A DNA stretch of 64,000 nt, from the NCBI GenBank assembly GCA_907165135.1, contig OU015567.1, positions 2,418,001-2,482,000 on the forward strand, read 5' to 3'. A model generated the notes under the pieces. The model was not told where the DNA came from. It worked only from the letters and a program-made list of their open reading frames with translations, and ran no database searches. A program made the translations under genes and the position numbers. The stretch's first letter is position 1. Every line of letters starts with the position of its first letter. Source of the stretch: Oikopleura dioica (Eukaryota > Animalia > Chordata). Below, one piece after another: positions 1-10,926 of the stretch.

Positions 1-918
1 CATCTCTCGTGTTTCTACACTTTCACATTCGAAAAACGGACAAGGACAACCATGAGGGCAGGTCTTTTCAAACGGGCAAACTCCATCAATTTCTCCACCA
101 TCACTTAACAAAGCTCTGCACAAAGTTTGACATTTCAAAACATCTTCTTCGTGAATTTTCGGACATAGATCAGCACAAATTTTCGAATCTAAAAAAATCA
201 ACTTGTGAACAAATTGAATCTTTACCATAAAAAGCAAGCCTTTTGCAACGCTTCAAATTTATTTTCTGTTCTTCCTCGGTATATGTCCTATTATCAATAA
301 TCTCTTTCTCCTTGATAACAATCATTTCTCCCGAAGGAAAGTCAAAATCCCCAAATTCTTGCATGCAACGTTTGAACCTCGGATAACATTCATTGAATGA
401 AAAGTCAATCATACAATCTTTGTAGCTTCTCCCACAACTCAACGTTTTGAACGTCAGCGTTGGCCCAAGCTTTTCAAGGCCGGCATAATTCGTAGCGAGA
501 ATAATCGTCTGCCAGAATAAAAATCCGAAAAAAACGTAGGTATATTTCTGCTTGTCTGTTGATGATCCGCTAGAATAGAGTAAGAACGAGACTAAGGATC
601 GTTATCTTACTGAGGTTTGAGTTCGAATTTTGCGACGTCATGATAACGGTAGAGTGGTTTTGATTTCTCTGGAACCAGGATTGCATTTCCTTCTAGCCTC
701 CGCAAGACGCCAGTACAATGGCATTCCATGCACTACAAGAATATTTGAAAAGTAAAATAGAGAGTCTCAACCTGAATTTTCTCCTGATCCCTCATTTCAA
801 CGAAGAAAATAAGATTTGGTTTTGGTTTGTACGGAACGCAACGTAAAAAAGGCGCCTCGGAAATGCCAAAAAGTGAACTTTGACAAGTCTGATCTTTCAA
901 GCTCCGTTTCGACGCCAA
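1..918 (-). CDS. Multi-exon Cys-rich protein, partial (runs off the window start; 5' end unresolved)
   Basis: The ORF at 170-442 extends upstream in frame. After a gtaaag...tttag intron (~190-225) it continues as ...AFYDSKICADLCPKIHEEDVLKCQTLCRALLSDGGEIDGVCPFEKTCPHGCPCPFFECES. Further exon-like segments lie at ~590-740 and 770-918. Confidence 0.5.
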
Positions 919-2161
919 CCTTGCTATTACATTGCATTTTTTCTCAACAAGTTGGAGGGTTCGTCAAGAGTTTGCACTCCGAATGTCGTATAATTTTCCA
1001 TTACGTAAAGATCGTCTTGAATAGCAGACGAACTATTTGATCAGTTTTACGTCCTGATAGATCAGATTTATGGCCCAATAAAAGGTCTATTCCTTATATG
1101 GAAAACGAAGCTAAGTGGGAGTATCAATTCGGATGGAATTTTTCACCGCCATTTGAGTTCAATTTTCTATCTAGCTAGTCACAAAATTTCATTGACTTCA
1201 AATAGCTCTGGCTCCGGAAGGACACATCGGGAGACGGTATCCTGTTCTTTTCAGACTCTCGCATTGTCTCAGTTTTTCAATGGATTGCGTCGAAGCCTCC
1301 TGGGAATAGAAGTGCTCAAACTTTAGAAATCTCCGGGGTGAAGAAATCACAGATTAGCTTAGGTCGTCTGTGCTTGTGAAAGGTGTAGAAGGCATTGACG
1401 TAGAAGCGGGAGAATATTTCCGTTGGAATAATGGAGCTTATCCGCCACAGCTGTTGCCACCTTGCTAATCCATCTCAGTGAAGGCAGACTACTAGTTACT
1501 AGACTTTCGCTGATATCAGGCAAGTTTAAACTTCCCTCAAATATTGGTTCGCTCAAGCTTCGAAAGAAGCTTCGAGAACAGTGTAAGATGTTTCTCGAAA
1601 AACAAATGGTCTCTCAAGTTTAAAATATTGCTCTGCTCTGTCTCATTGCTCAAATATCGCTCTTATCTCTGTCGAATGAGAAGCTATTCTTGAATTTTTT
1701 CAATCTTCGTCAATCCTACCATTTTCGATACACACTGCTACGGTCACCAACTATCGATTAAAGACTATAAAAATTATATCGAATATCTATATTAAATCGA
1801 ATAAAGATTTATAGTCTTACATTATATTATTTTTCTTCGTCGTTTCTGTTTTTTAGTTGTCATCGTCTTCAGGAGGCAAAAATGTGTATGTAACATACAG
1901 TATGTTCGATTGAATAAGGCAATTTTTGACTATGCGATCTCCTTACTTTTCTCGCCAAGACGAGGATTATGAAATTCAAATAAGAATCGCCCTCGATTTC
2001 ATCATACTCGTGTCTGGGTTCTCCTCCGGGTTCACAAAAAGAATAGAGTCCTGGTTACCAAGCAGGTAACTTTCTTGCGTTTGAAATTGCGCCATCTTCA
2101 GTAAACAGACCAATCACTTTATAAGGCGCTGTAGTGTAGAACTTAGTTGCTCAAAGGTCAA

Positions 2162-4284
2162 ATGGCTCTCAAATTTTTACTTTTTGTCTTCCTTGATTTC
2201 AAGGGCAACACTTTTGCGTTTGAACCAGAAGCGATCAAAGATGATATCACAGGATTCATGGAGTTTTCCCCGTATGGACTCGAGAATGTCTTGAAAACGA
2301 CTGAAGATTCTGAGGAAATCGGTGAGCACATATTTATTTAGAATTTTAGAGAAAATTCTTTTCTATGAAGAAAGTCCAAGATAAAGATTTGTATTAAGAA
2401 CTCGAGGGCGAATTCGAAAGTGAAACCACTCAAGCCTTGTTTGCTGAACTCATCGATGGGGTTATCTACAGAAATGGTCCTGGAAAGTTCGAGTTCGGCA
2501 ACACCTCCTTTGGCCACATCTTCGATCCTTCTGCCATTCTCTCAGCAACACGAATCCGGGATGGAAAGGTTTTCTTCCGACAGAGATTCGTTCAATCTTC
2601 CAATTTCAAAAACAACACGGAGAACAGCCGGATAATTAAGCCAGAAGTTGGAACCTATGCCGAACCTGATGATATTACTACGGATAAAAATGGGTACGGT
2701 CGACAATCATTTCCTGTTTTTGAGAAATTATTTCAGAAATGCTTATGGCCGCCGCGAAGTGTTCAAAAACAGACGAAAATTTCTCTTTGAGGAAGGTTTA
2801 TCGACCGACAATACAGTCGTTAACGTCATGCATGTCGCTGGTCATCTTATGTCGCTCACAGATTCTTCTTACCGGCATCTACACGATTTCGAAACCTTAG
2901 AAACTAAAGATCGAATTGACATCAACTACTCACCAAATATTCCGCACGGTATTTTCTGCATGACCACTTCTAGTCATCCGGTCTTGGACAAGGAAACAGG
3001 TGATTTGTGGGACATGGCTGGTTGCCTCGACTTCATGACAAACGAGTATAACATCCCAAAGGTATTAATTTCCCTTTGCTTTGAATAAAAGAGTTACTAG
3101 ATCCATATTCACCCAATCGTCTGGCGTGGAGTGGGACATCCAAAATCTCAATACCCCACTCCTTGGACCAAAGAGCAGATTTTGTCTTCAATCGAATTCG
3201 GTCCTGCAATTGACAGCCCAAAATGGCCCGATCATCCCTCTGCAATGCCATATTTTCACTCCCTCGCCCGCGCCGGGAAATATCTCATTCTTCCTGTAGG
3301 CGGCACCGTCCTCGACATGATTCCGATGCTCAAGAATGGCATAAGGAAGAAAAAACCAATGATCGAAAGTTTGATGTTTTTGAACACCTCGCCTGCTAGA
3401 TTCTTGATTTTTGACCGCGAAAAGATGGAATGGGAGAGTGTTCAACCTCTAGCGCAGGCTTTTTCGCATTTTCACGTGGTAAACAGTTTCATTGATGAGC
3501 AAGATCAATTAAATATTGATATCATCGAAGGTTAGGGTTAAAACAAATTCGACCAATTCTAAGTTTTCTGTAAATATTTTCGCGTTTTTAACCCTGAAAA
3601 AGCAAATCCAAACGTCATGCAAGCTCTAGAACTCGACAACCTCAAGACCACCAAAAATGAATACCTTGAAATTTGGTCAAGTATCATTCCTTCTGGCAAG
3701 CCTGTGCGCTTCATCCTCGGAAAGAGAAGAGAAGAGTTTCTTCAATGGGCTGATGTAGTTCAGAGTCCTGGAATAACACCATCACTGAATTTTCCATGCT
3801 TCGAAAACGGAGGGGTAAGGATCGAAATCAAGGAAGATAAAACCATCATTGAATTTTCAGATCGACTTTCCAGTTTTGAATCCGTTGCATTATGGTAAAG
3901 ACTACAAGCACTACTGGACGTGCGGCTTCGGCGAATTGCTGTCTGATAGAATTTACTACGTCAACATGGAAACTGGAGAAAGAAAAATCTATCGAGTTCC
4001 GAACTACCATTTCTCTGAACCGGTTTTTCTCACGCCGGAAAAAGATGACCTTTCTGAAAATCAAGGAGTAATTGCTTCAACAGCAAGTCCTTTGAATCCG
4101 GAAGACAGGGCTTTTATTGTCTTTCTCAACGCAAGCAGTAAGTTTCAGAATCTTTCAACTACCCTTCTCATTCAAATTTCTAGCGATGAAAGAAGTTGCC
4201 CGGTTCTACTTTCCTCAAGGATTCAAAGTCCCGATCAGCTTCCATGGAAATTACTACAGACGAGAAGAAACAACTATAAACTAG
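2162..4284 (+). CDS. Carotenoid-cleavage oxygenase (RPE65/BCO/NinaB family), multi-exon
   Basis: Spliced translation gives GVIYRNGPGKF, HIFDP, EVGTYAEPD, TDNTVVNV, TSSHP, YFHSL, HFHVVNSF, IDFPVLNP..YGKDY, FSEPVF, ENQGV and PISFHGNY, so all four Fe-binding His motifs are present. The stop TAG is at 4282-4284; the start codon is uncertain. Confidence 0.9.
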
Positions 4285-4627
4285 CCTTTTAAACAATTTA
4301 AATAGCCCATTTTTACCTCCTCAAGTTCAAAAATATACTTTTGTTCACATGTTCACATGAATAAACCCAAAGTTATAATCAGTGTGATATCTCCTTATAT
4401 TAAATTATTATACACATAATGCGCATTTGGCAAAGAACCCAGGCCTCGGCGAAACATGAAAACGCATTTAGCTACGGAGTCTCCCGGGAGAGAGCCCGGG
4501 GCGCGTACTTAGAGACTAACAAACTCGCGTCACTTCTTACTGTCTAAAATAAACAAACAATCACTTCATTTCGCCACGAAGCCAGAAAAATCCGAAAGAA
4601 ATTTTTTATTACAAAGAAAGAGAAAAA

Positions 4628-5891
4628 ATGGATAATATACAGCCAGTTCAAGCATTGACGAAATACAAGCTCGTGTTTTTAGGAGAGCAGGGGGTCGGAA
4701 AAACGAGTTTGATCACAAGGAATTGGTTGAGTTAGAATGATTGAAATCAAGGAAGAGAATTATTGCTGGTCAACCAGTGTTAAGATTTATGTATGACTTA
4801 TTTGATCAGCATTACCAGGCAACGATTGGGATTGATTTTCTTTCAAAGACACTTCAGATTGATGATAACACAGTTAGATTACAGGTAAAGAAATAATTTG
4901 GAAGAAATGAATCGACTTTTGTAACCTTGTTTGACTAGTACCTACGATCCATCATAATGAGGATAAATACGAAGTAAATATAAAATTTAATGAATTCTTT
5001 AAAAAGAAATTTTACCCATATCCAAATCTGCGAGTCCTCTTTTCTGAAGTGACTATTCTGATCTGTTTCTGAATGATATCTCTTGTTCGCTGGGCGCTGA
5101 CTGTCATAGCTTCTGCTTGAGAAGGAATTTCCAACAAAGACGAGTCTATGCTCGCAGTTTTTGCAAAATATTTCGTAGTAGTTATATCCTGTCATGCGCT
5201 CGTAGTAATCGCAGTTGTCACAGTAAAAAGTCTGCGTTTTGATTTTCATGCTCAAGTCTTTGAAAAGAATACCTCTTTTTGTACACGACATATATCATTT
5301 TACGACTTTTGTACTATAAAACTGCTAAGTCGTTAAAATAGCTTAAATTCAAGCCATAAACAAAATAACTAAATCGATTATTTTAAGCTCTGGGACACAG
5401 CTGGGCAAGAAAGATTCCGATCTCTCATCCCAAGCTACATCAGAGATTCTAATGTTGGCATCATTGTCTACAATGTCTCGGAAGAAAAGTCTTTCGCGAA
5501 AATTGACACGTGGATAAAAGACGTCAAGGATCAAAGAGGCGAGGACGTCATTATTTTTCTCGTAGGCAATAAGGTTCGTACCTTAGCTGAAAAAAAGAAA
5601 ATATGAGCATTTATTTAGACAGATTTGGAAGACAAGAGAAAGGTAGAGACTTCGACGGCGGAGAAGAAAGCAGCTGAGCATGGGGTTCACTTTATTGAAA
5701 CAAGTGCGAAAAGTGGCTACAATGTGAATACGCTGTTTCAGCGCATCGCAAGGGCAATCACAGGTATTATCAAAAGAATGAATAATATCAAACTTCTCCT
5801 AGTGGTCAATACAACAACCCAACAAAAGGACATCCTGATCGTCTCTCAAAAAGGACCGGACTCCGAACAATCCTCATCCTGTGCCTGCTAG
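4628..5891 (+). CDS. RAB6: Rab6-family small GTPase
   Basis: Spliced translation: [81 protein letters not shown]. It ends in a CAC prenylation motif. Confidence 0.93.
4935..5291 (-). CDS. Putative small zinc-ribbon protein nested antisense in Rab6 intron 2
   Basis: ATG-initiated 118-aa ORF with FYCDNC-x15-CKNC, lying wholly inside the 4885-5387 intron. Confidence 0.45.
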   Translation of the reverse strand: MSCTKRGILFKDLSMKIKTQTFYCDNCDYYERMTGYNYYEIFCKNCEHRLVFVGNSFSSRSYDSQRPANKRYHSETDQNSHFRKEDSQIWIWVKFLFKEFIKFYIYFVFILIMMDRRY

Positions 5892-6823
5892 TATATCAAG
5901 CTTTATTTCTCCCCTAATTCGCAGCTTATATTCATGATCAATAAAGACTTCTCTATTTCTGTTTATACTCTTCTCCCTTGAGCTGGAATTCCAGCGACCC
6001 GGGCAGCCCATAATAAACAACAAGTAGTTGGGATTTTAGACTTTTCAAAATTTAAGCTGAGCCACCACACTAAGCGCGAGATTACATTTGTCCTAGATCG
6101 GTTAGACTAGCGGTTTTTTTTTTGCGAAGAAAAGGACTAATGATGAGAAGTTTCTCGATAAAGAAAATCAGATTTACATAAAGAAAACTTAATTACAATC
6201 GCCCGAACCCGGGGCCGCCGTTCTAAGTAGAGTGATTGGTAAAGCAAAAGACAATCGACCAGAAATAACAAGTTGATCCTTGAAATAATCCCCCTTTTTG
6301 AAAAATGAAAAGTCAAGATCTTCCAGCAAGAGATGAATCTATCGCCAAAAAACGCATTCATCTTTACCGCGAAAATCTGGCAAAGGAGAGTTATATCTGC
6401 TGAAAAAGAAGCTGAAAAAAAGTAATCGCTTGACAAGTTGACAAGCAAGGGCTTACCAGGACCATTTCATTTAGAGACTTTCATTGATTCGCGGTCACTC
6501 TCGACGGCCGCATTTTTCTGATTTTCAATTCCTTCTTACTTTTTTTTGAAAAGAGAGAAGTGGTTAAATATTTGCGTGTGGCTCATTATCGGCCCCCTTC
6601 TGTTACCACCTCGATTAAAAAAATGACGTGAACACAAAGTTAAAAAATTCTAACTCAAAAGAAAGAGAAAACCGGCGAAAGTCGAAGTGGTAACGGAAAA
6701 GACCAAATTAATGGTAAATTGCTCTATCAGGTTAGTTTTTTATTAATTTTTTTCATAAAACAGGTATCGTTACTTTGATTGAAAAATACCGGGGCGGTGT
6801 CCCGGATTGTCAAATAACTCGAA

Positions 6824-6903
6824 AAATTTTGCGTGGGCGGCTACTCGGCTGCTGATTGGCCGGTTAGCCGAATCCAGGCTTCTGATTCGTTGAAAATTTC
6901 CAT
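6824..6903 (+). repeat. Dispersed ~80-bp repeat, copy 1 (copy 2 at 52095-52174)
   Basis: aaattttgcgt(g/a)ggcggctactcggct...tggccggtt....gaatccaggcttctgatt(c/g)gttgaaaatttccat is shared by both loci. Confidence 0.8.
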
Positions 6904-6992
6904 GCAAAATTTGTCGGGATTTGTTGACAGTTCCTGATAAAAAAGAAGAACCCCCATTTAAAATATAGATACAGTAATACGGTGTTTTTTAG

Positions 6993-7432
6993 TTGTATCC
7001 ATGGAGAATGCATAGAAAAATGGAACGGGCACAAATGTTTGTGCGATCCTTTTTGGTCTGGTGAAAATTGCGATTCAATATGGAAGTTTCTCATTTGCAC
7101 TGCAGTGTTTTTCACGGGCTTCTTTGGAATTCTTGCGACACTTTCGGTGAGCATCTTGAACCCCTTTTTGAACCCGTTTTCTTGTTAAAAAAGAAGATTT
7201 AGTGCACGTTTGGAAATGACGCCTCGAATGTTTTTCGGAATAATCCGTTGTCAGAGTGTGACAGGAGTCGGCTAAGCTAAACAAAAAAAGGGGTGTTAGC
7301 ATAAATATGAAAATGTTTTTCGCTTATCCGCGGGAAAGCGACGGCGAAGATTGCGATGCATGGCGGCCCAAAGATCCGAAATACGATCTGGCGCAGGATA
7401 AGGACGTCAGGGATCAGATCGAAAACGTCAGG
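6993..7432 (+). CDS. EGF-like domain plus transmembrane helix protein (internal exons only)
   Basis: CIHGECIEKWNGHKCLCDPFWSGENC has six-Cys EGF spacing and is followed by hydrophobic FLICTAVFFTGFFGILATLS and a gtgagc donor. A later exon ends at gtatgt (7433). Confidence 0.55.
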
Positions 7433-7530
7433 GTATGTTCTAATATTTTTAAGATGAACACACGATCCTCTGAATTAACCTCGACATGCATTTTGCGCAA
7501 TTTAAAGTCGCTAGAATTTAAGAATATTAA

Positions 7531-7926
7531 GGGGGTAGAACTAGATTTTTCGAATTTCCGTGATTTTCGGGAGGCACACTTTAATAAGTAAAACCTGTTT
7601 TTACTTATGATATCGCATTTTCCTCAAAAATGTTGCTAGATAAAGGGTTAAACTATCTTAAAATGAGATTTAAAAATTTTGGCTAGTCACGTGACTCGAG
7701 AAATTTGAGGACGCGAATACGCTAAAATTGCGACTTTCGAAGAGGTGGGTTGAAGTTTCGCTCTCTAACGCCAAATTGTCTTGACGAAAAAAAATTTTAA
7801 GAAAAATGTTGTTAGATCTAGGTTTGATCTTTCTTCAGCCGAAGAGAGAATTTGAAAATCTTAGCTCTCCTGGCTTTGAGCGCCGGTCTAGAATCGGCTA
7901 TTTTCGAAAAACCTAGTTCTACCCCC
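7531..7926. mobile_element. MITE, ~396 bp, with terminal inverted repeats and TTAA on both flanks
   Basis: ttaa-gggggtagaactagatttttcgaa (7527-7554) matches ttcgaaaaacctagttctaccccc-ttaa (7903-7930) in reverse complement with one mismatch. There is no internal ORF. Confidence 0.85.
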
Positions 7927-8214
7927 TTAAACTTCTTTTTTAGAAAGATGCGATACTAGAATTGAAAAAGATCACGATATGAAAAATTAGGCTTTGAAAA
8001 ATTTATGATTTTTGCCAATAAAGAAAGAGATTGAAGCCTGAGAATTTGCTGCTTTCTGGTTTTGAATAAGATGAGCCTCTAGCGTGGCACTTGGAACGGA
8101 TTTGAATTTTTGCCACGCCGTAAAACTCAATTATGAAAAGAAGCGAGTCCCTAGTTACCGTCTGTGTAACTTAATTTTATTTTAGCGGATTGCACAAAAA
8201 GCTCAAATAATCAT

Positions 8215-8861
8215 TCAGAAAAGATTAATGATGTTTTCTTTTTGAAATATCCCATTACATTTCGGGCACCGGTTGCTCATGTCAAAGTTTGCCTCAATAC
8301 AGGCCTTTCCGAACATATGACCACATGTTGTAATGCATGCTTTCCGGTGATTAGTTGTGTTGTAGATGCGTAAACAAATGTCGCAGGAAGGAAGCAGATC
8401 TTCGAAGAGTTCACGCTTTAAATGGTCAGTATCTTCGAAGGATGACAGTTTCGCTTTGATGTTTTTAATTCTATCAAGATTTTCATTCCTTTCTGCATCA
8501 AATATTGACAGTTTTTCTTCACACATATCAACTCGGTTTCTAGCCCAATTTAAATTTTCTCGCTTGACAAAATGCAAGTGCTCTCTTCCACGTAAAAGTT
8601 TATCAATTAAATCGGGATTCTCTTCGACGAACTCGCAACCCTCTCTCATAAGAGTCGCAATTTGTTCCATGATGTTTTTGGCTTTTTTGTTTTCTCAATA
8701 TCTTGACTGATATGATCATCATTTTCTCGAAGAGTTTTCAGATCAGCTTTTGAATCGGTCAAAGTTGATTCCAGTTTGTCTCTTTTTTCTTCGAAGATTT
8801 CGGTCAGCTTTTCGTCTAAGGACTGTAAAAATTGCTCGTCTTCAATATTTGGCTCAGTCAT
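8215..8861 (-). CDS. Coiled-coil plus RING (C3HGC3, RFWD3-like spacing) protein, intronless, with a 1-nt frameshift
   Basis: CDIC...CGHMFGKAC...RCPKC...IINLF is present. ORFs 8646-8873 and 8215-8670 join if one base is added in the A-run at ~8685-8696. Confidence 0.7.
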
Positions 8862-9222
8862 TTCGAAAGCCAAAAAAATTATAAGATTCTAAATGCGCTC
8901 ACAAATTTGCCGATGATATTTACACAAGAAGAAATTGCTTTTGCGTTTAACAAATTCACACGTCAAAAGAAAAAAACCAATCATTAACTTTTTAAATGGA
9001 AGCAAATATAGAACGTTTTCCATAATGAGAGTGATTGTAGTGTATTCACGCAGTCAGCGCAGCGCGCGGAGAAACGATGGCGGTAAAGAGCCGCGCGCGC
9101 TCTTCGTTGTCGCGATCAGCAAGCTGGAAACTTTTTGAGTTTTTGAAACATCGATAAGAAAATAACGAAAGACTGTTTTACAAGAGAGATTTAATTTGAT
9201 TCACAGAGATTGCGAAACCATC

Positions 9223-9252
9223 ATGACCGAATATTTGCGAAGACGAATTCAG
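9223..9252 (+). CDS. Candidate first coding exon (MTEYLRRRIQ) of an unresolved long-intron gene
   Basis: An acceptor-like ttcacag lies 16 nt before the ATG and a cag|gtaatt donor follows the exon. Downstream exons were not identified. Confidence 0.3.
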
Positions 9253-10835
9253 GTAATTTCTTTTTCTAAAAAAAAAATTATTTTCAATCCATATTTTTTG
9301 ATAATTAAATGAGGAATTTTATTTATTCAAATTTCGCTTTTAACTGGATGAAATGAAAAAAGAGAATCGAAAACTAAGCAAAATGATTTTACTTTTGAGA
9401 AACCAAATTAATGGCTTATATCCGTTGACGGGTTAAATGTAGGAAAAGAACTTTACGGCTGAAACACTCATAAGGTCCTAAATTTTGAAGTGTTTTTGCA
9501 AAATTTCAGCCTGATTCTCAGAAAGCATAAGAAATGTCCCTTTTGACAGGTCAATAATTTATGAAAATATATTCAAAGTGGGCGGGATAATTTTGATTGC
9601 TCATCACTTTAGCCCCTTCAAGTGTCTGGTGGAAGAGGATGATCTGGCGAGTCTGTGTGAATTAAGTGAATCGTTGGAATTTGGTAATTTTACACGCAAG
9701 ATAGGTTTTTTGAGTCTTTGATCAAATTTTCTGTGGTTAGTGATTTTAACCACGTGGTTCGTGGCCGACGTAATTGACGTTTTTTCTCATTGGGAGCGGT
9801 TTTTAGGGTCAATTCAGAAACCGCCTGGTTCAAATAAACTCCGCCAAGATGATCAATCTTTGGATTTATTTCACAAATATTCGTGTTGAGAAAGAACTTT
9901 AGAGAAATAGTGACGGTGGTTCTTCTTGTTTGGCTCAAAATCGTATTGGAAAGCGGATTCCAAAACGTATATTGTGAAAAAAGTGACGGCTAAGAAGCTT
10001 AGCTAGGATACAAAAAACAGGGTGGAGCCTTATTTTTGAGTTCCAGCGCGATTGTTGACAGAAATTCACAGAAATCGACCATTTTGAATGATTAATTTTC
10101 TTATCTTCTTTTTTTCTTTTCATAACCAATCAGGTTTTTTCATCATTTTTAGTGTCAAATCAAAAAGAATAAAATTTAATCTTTTCCATAAAACTGCCTT
10201 TATTTTGGAAAAGCATAGTTTTTCTGCTTTGATCATCATTTTTTATGAAAAGTCGCTGCCCAAAATAATCAAATTTCAAACAAGAAAAAAGCAGAGCCAT
10301 GTTGATGATCTTTTTCTTTAGCGGGAAAAGAGGAACCGCGCCCGTTTTCCGTAAAAATAACTTGACATCATCGGCTTGGGATTGTTTATTGTTACGAACA
10401 GAGGCCTTTTCTCCCTAATGATTAGGGCCTAATCACAGAATAACTCGAAAACGAACATGCTCTCTTTCCCGAAAAAACGCTCTAAAACGAAATTGAACAG
10501 TTTTGAAAATAACAGTCTAAGTAAGGTGTAAATATCCTCCGAAAACGCTCCGACGCGGAATTAATTGATTTTGAACATTTTAAAAATTCGACGAGCTGCT
10601 TTTGGCAAAACTGTCGGAGGCGTTCAAGAGAAATATGGACGGCGTAAGGGGCACCCTTTACTTTATGCAGAAAAAGTTGTAATGAAAAAAGATACGACGG
10701 GATTGATTCTTGAGGATTTCGTAAGCTGGCTTTGGGATTATCACGCTTTTAGACAGTTTAAAATTGTATAATCTTATTACCGAAGTGGACCGATTTTCTA
10801 GTCGAAAGGAGGAGACACTCGGCAACCTCGGTTCG

Positions 10836-10926
10836 GAACCCTGTGTAGACATCTGAGTCAGGGTTTTGAAAGAACTTCAAAATTTAGCCTTTCCCAAACC
10901 CTGACTCAGGTTTCTACGCAGGCTCT
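10836..10926. repeat. Inverted-repeat hairpin with TGACTCA cores (related copy at ~11295-11345)
   Basis: Perfect 14-bp arms ctgagtcagggttt (10853-10866) and aaaccctgactcag (10896-10909) extend imperfectly outward. accctgactcaggttt recurs at 11316-11331. Confidence 0.6.

Noticed and set aside
1932-2065. Possible upstream exon of the carotenoid oxygenase
   Set aside because: It ends at a good gtaac donor, but no phase-compatible join to the oxygenase frame was found.
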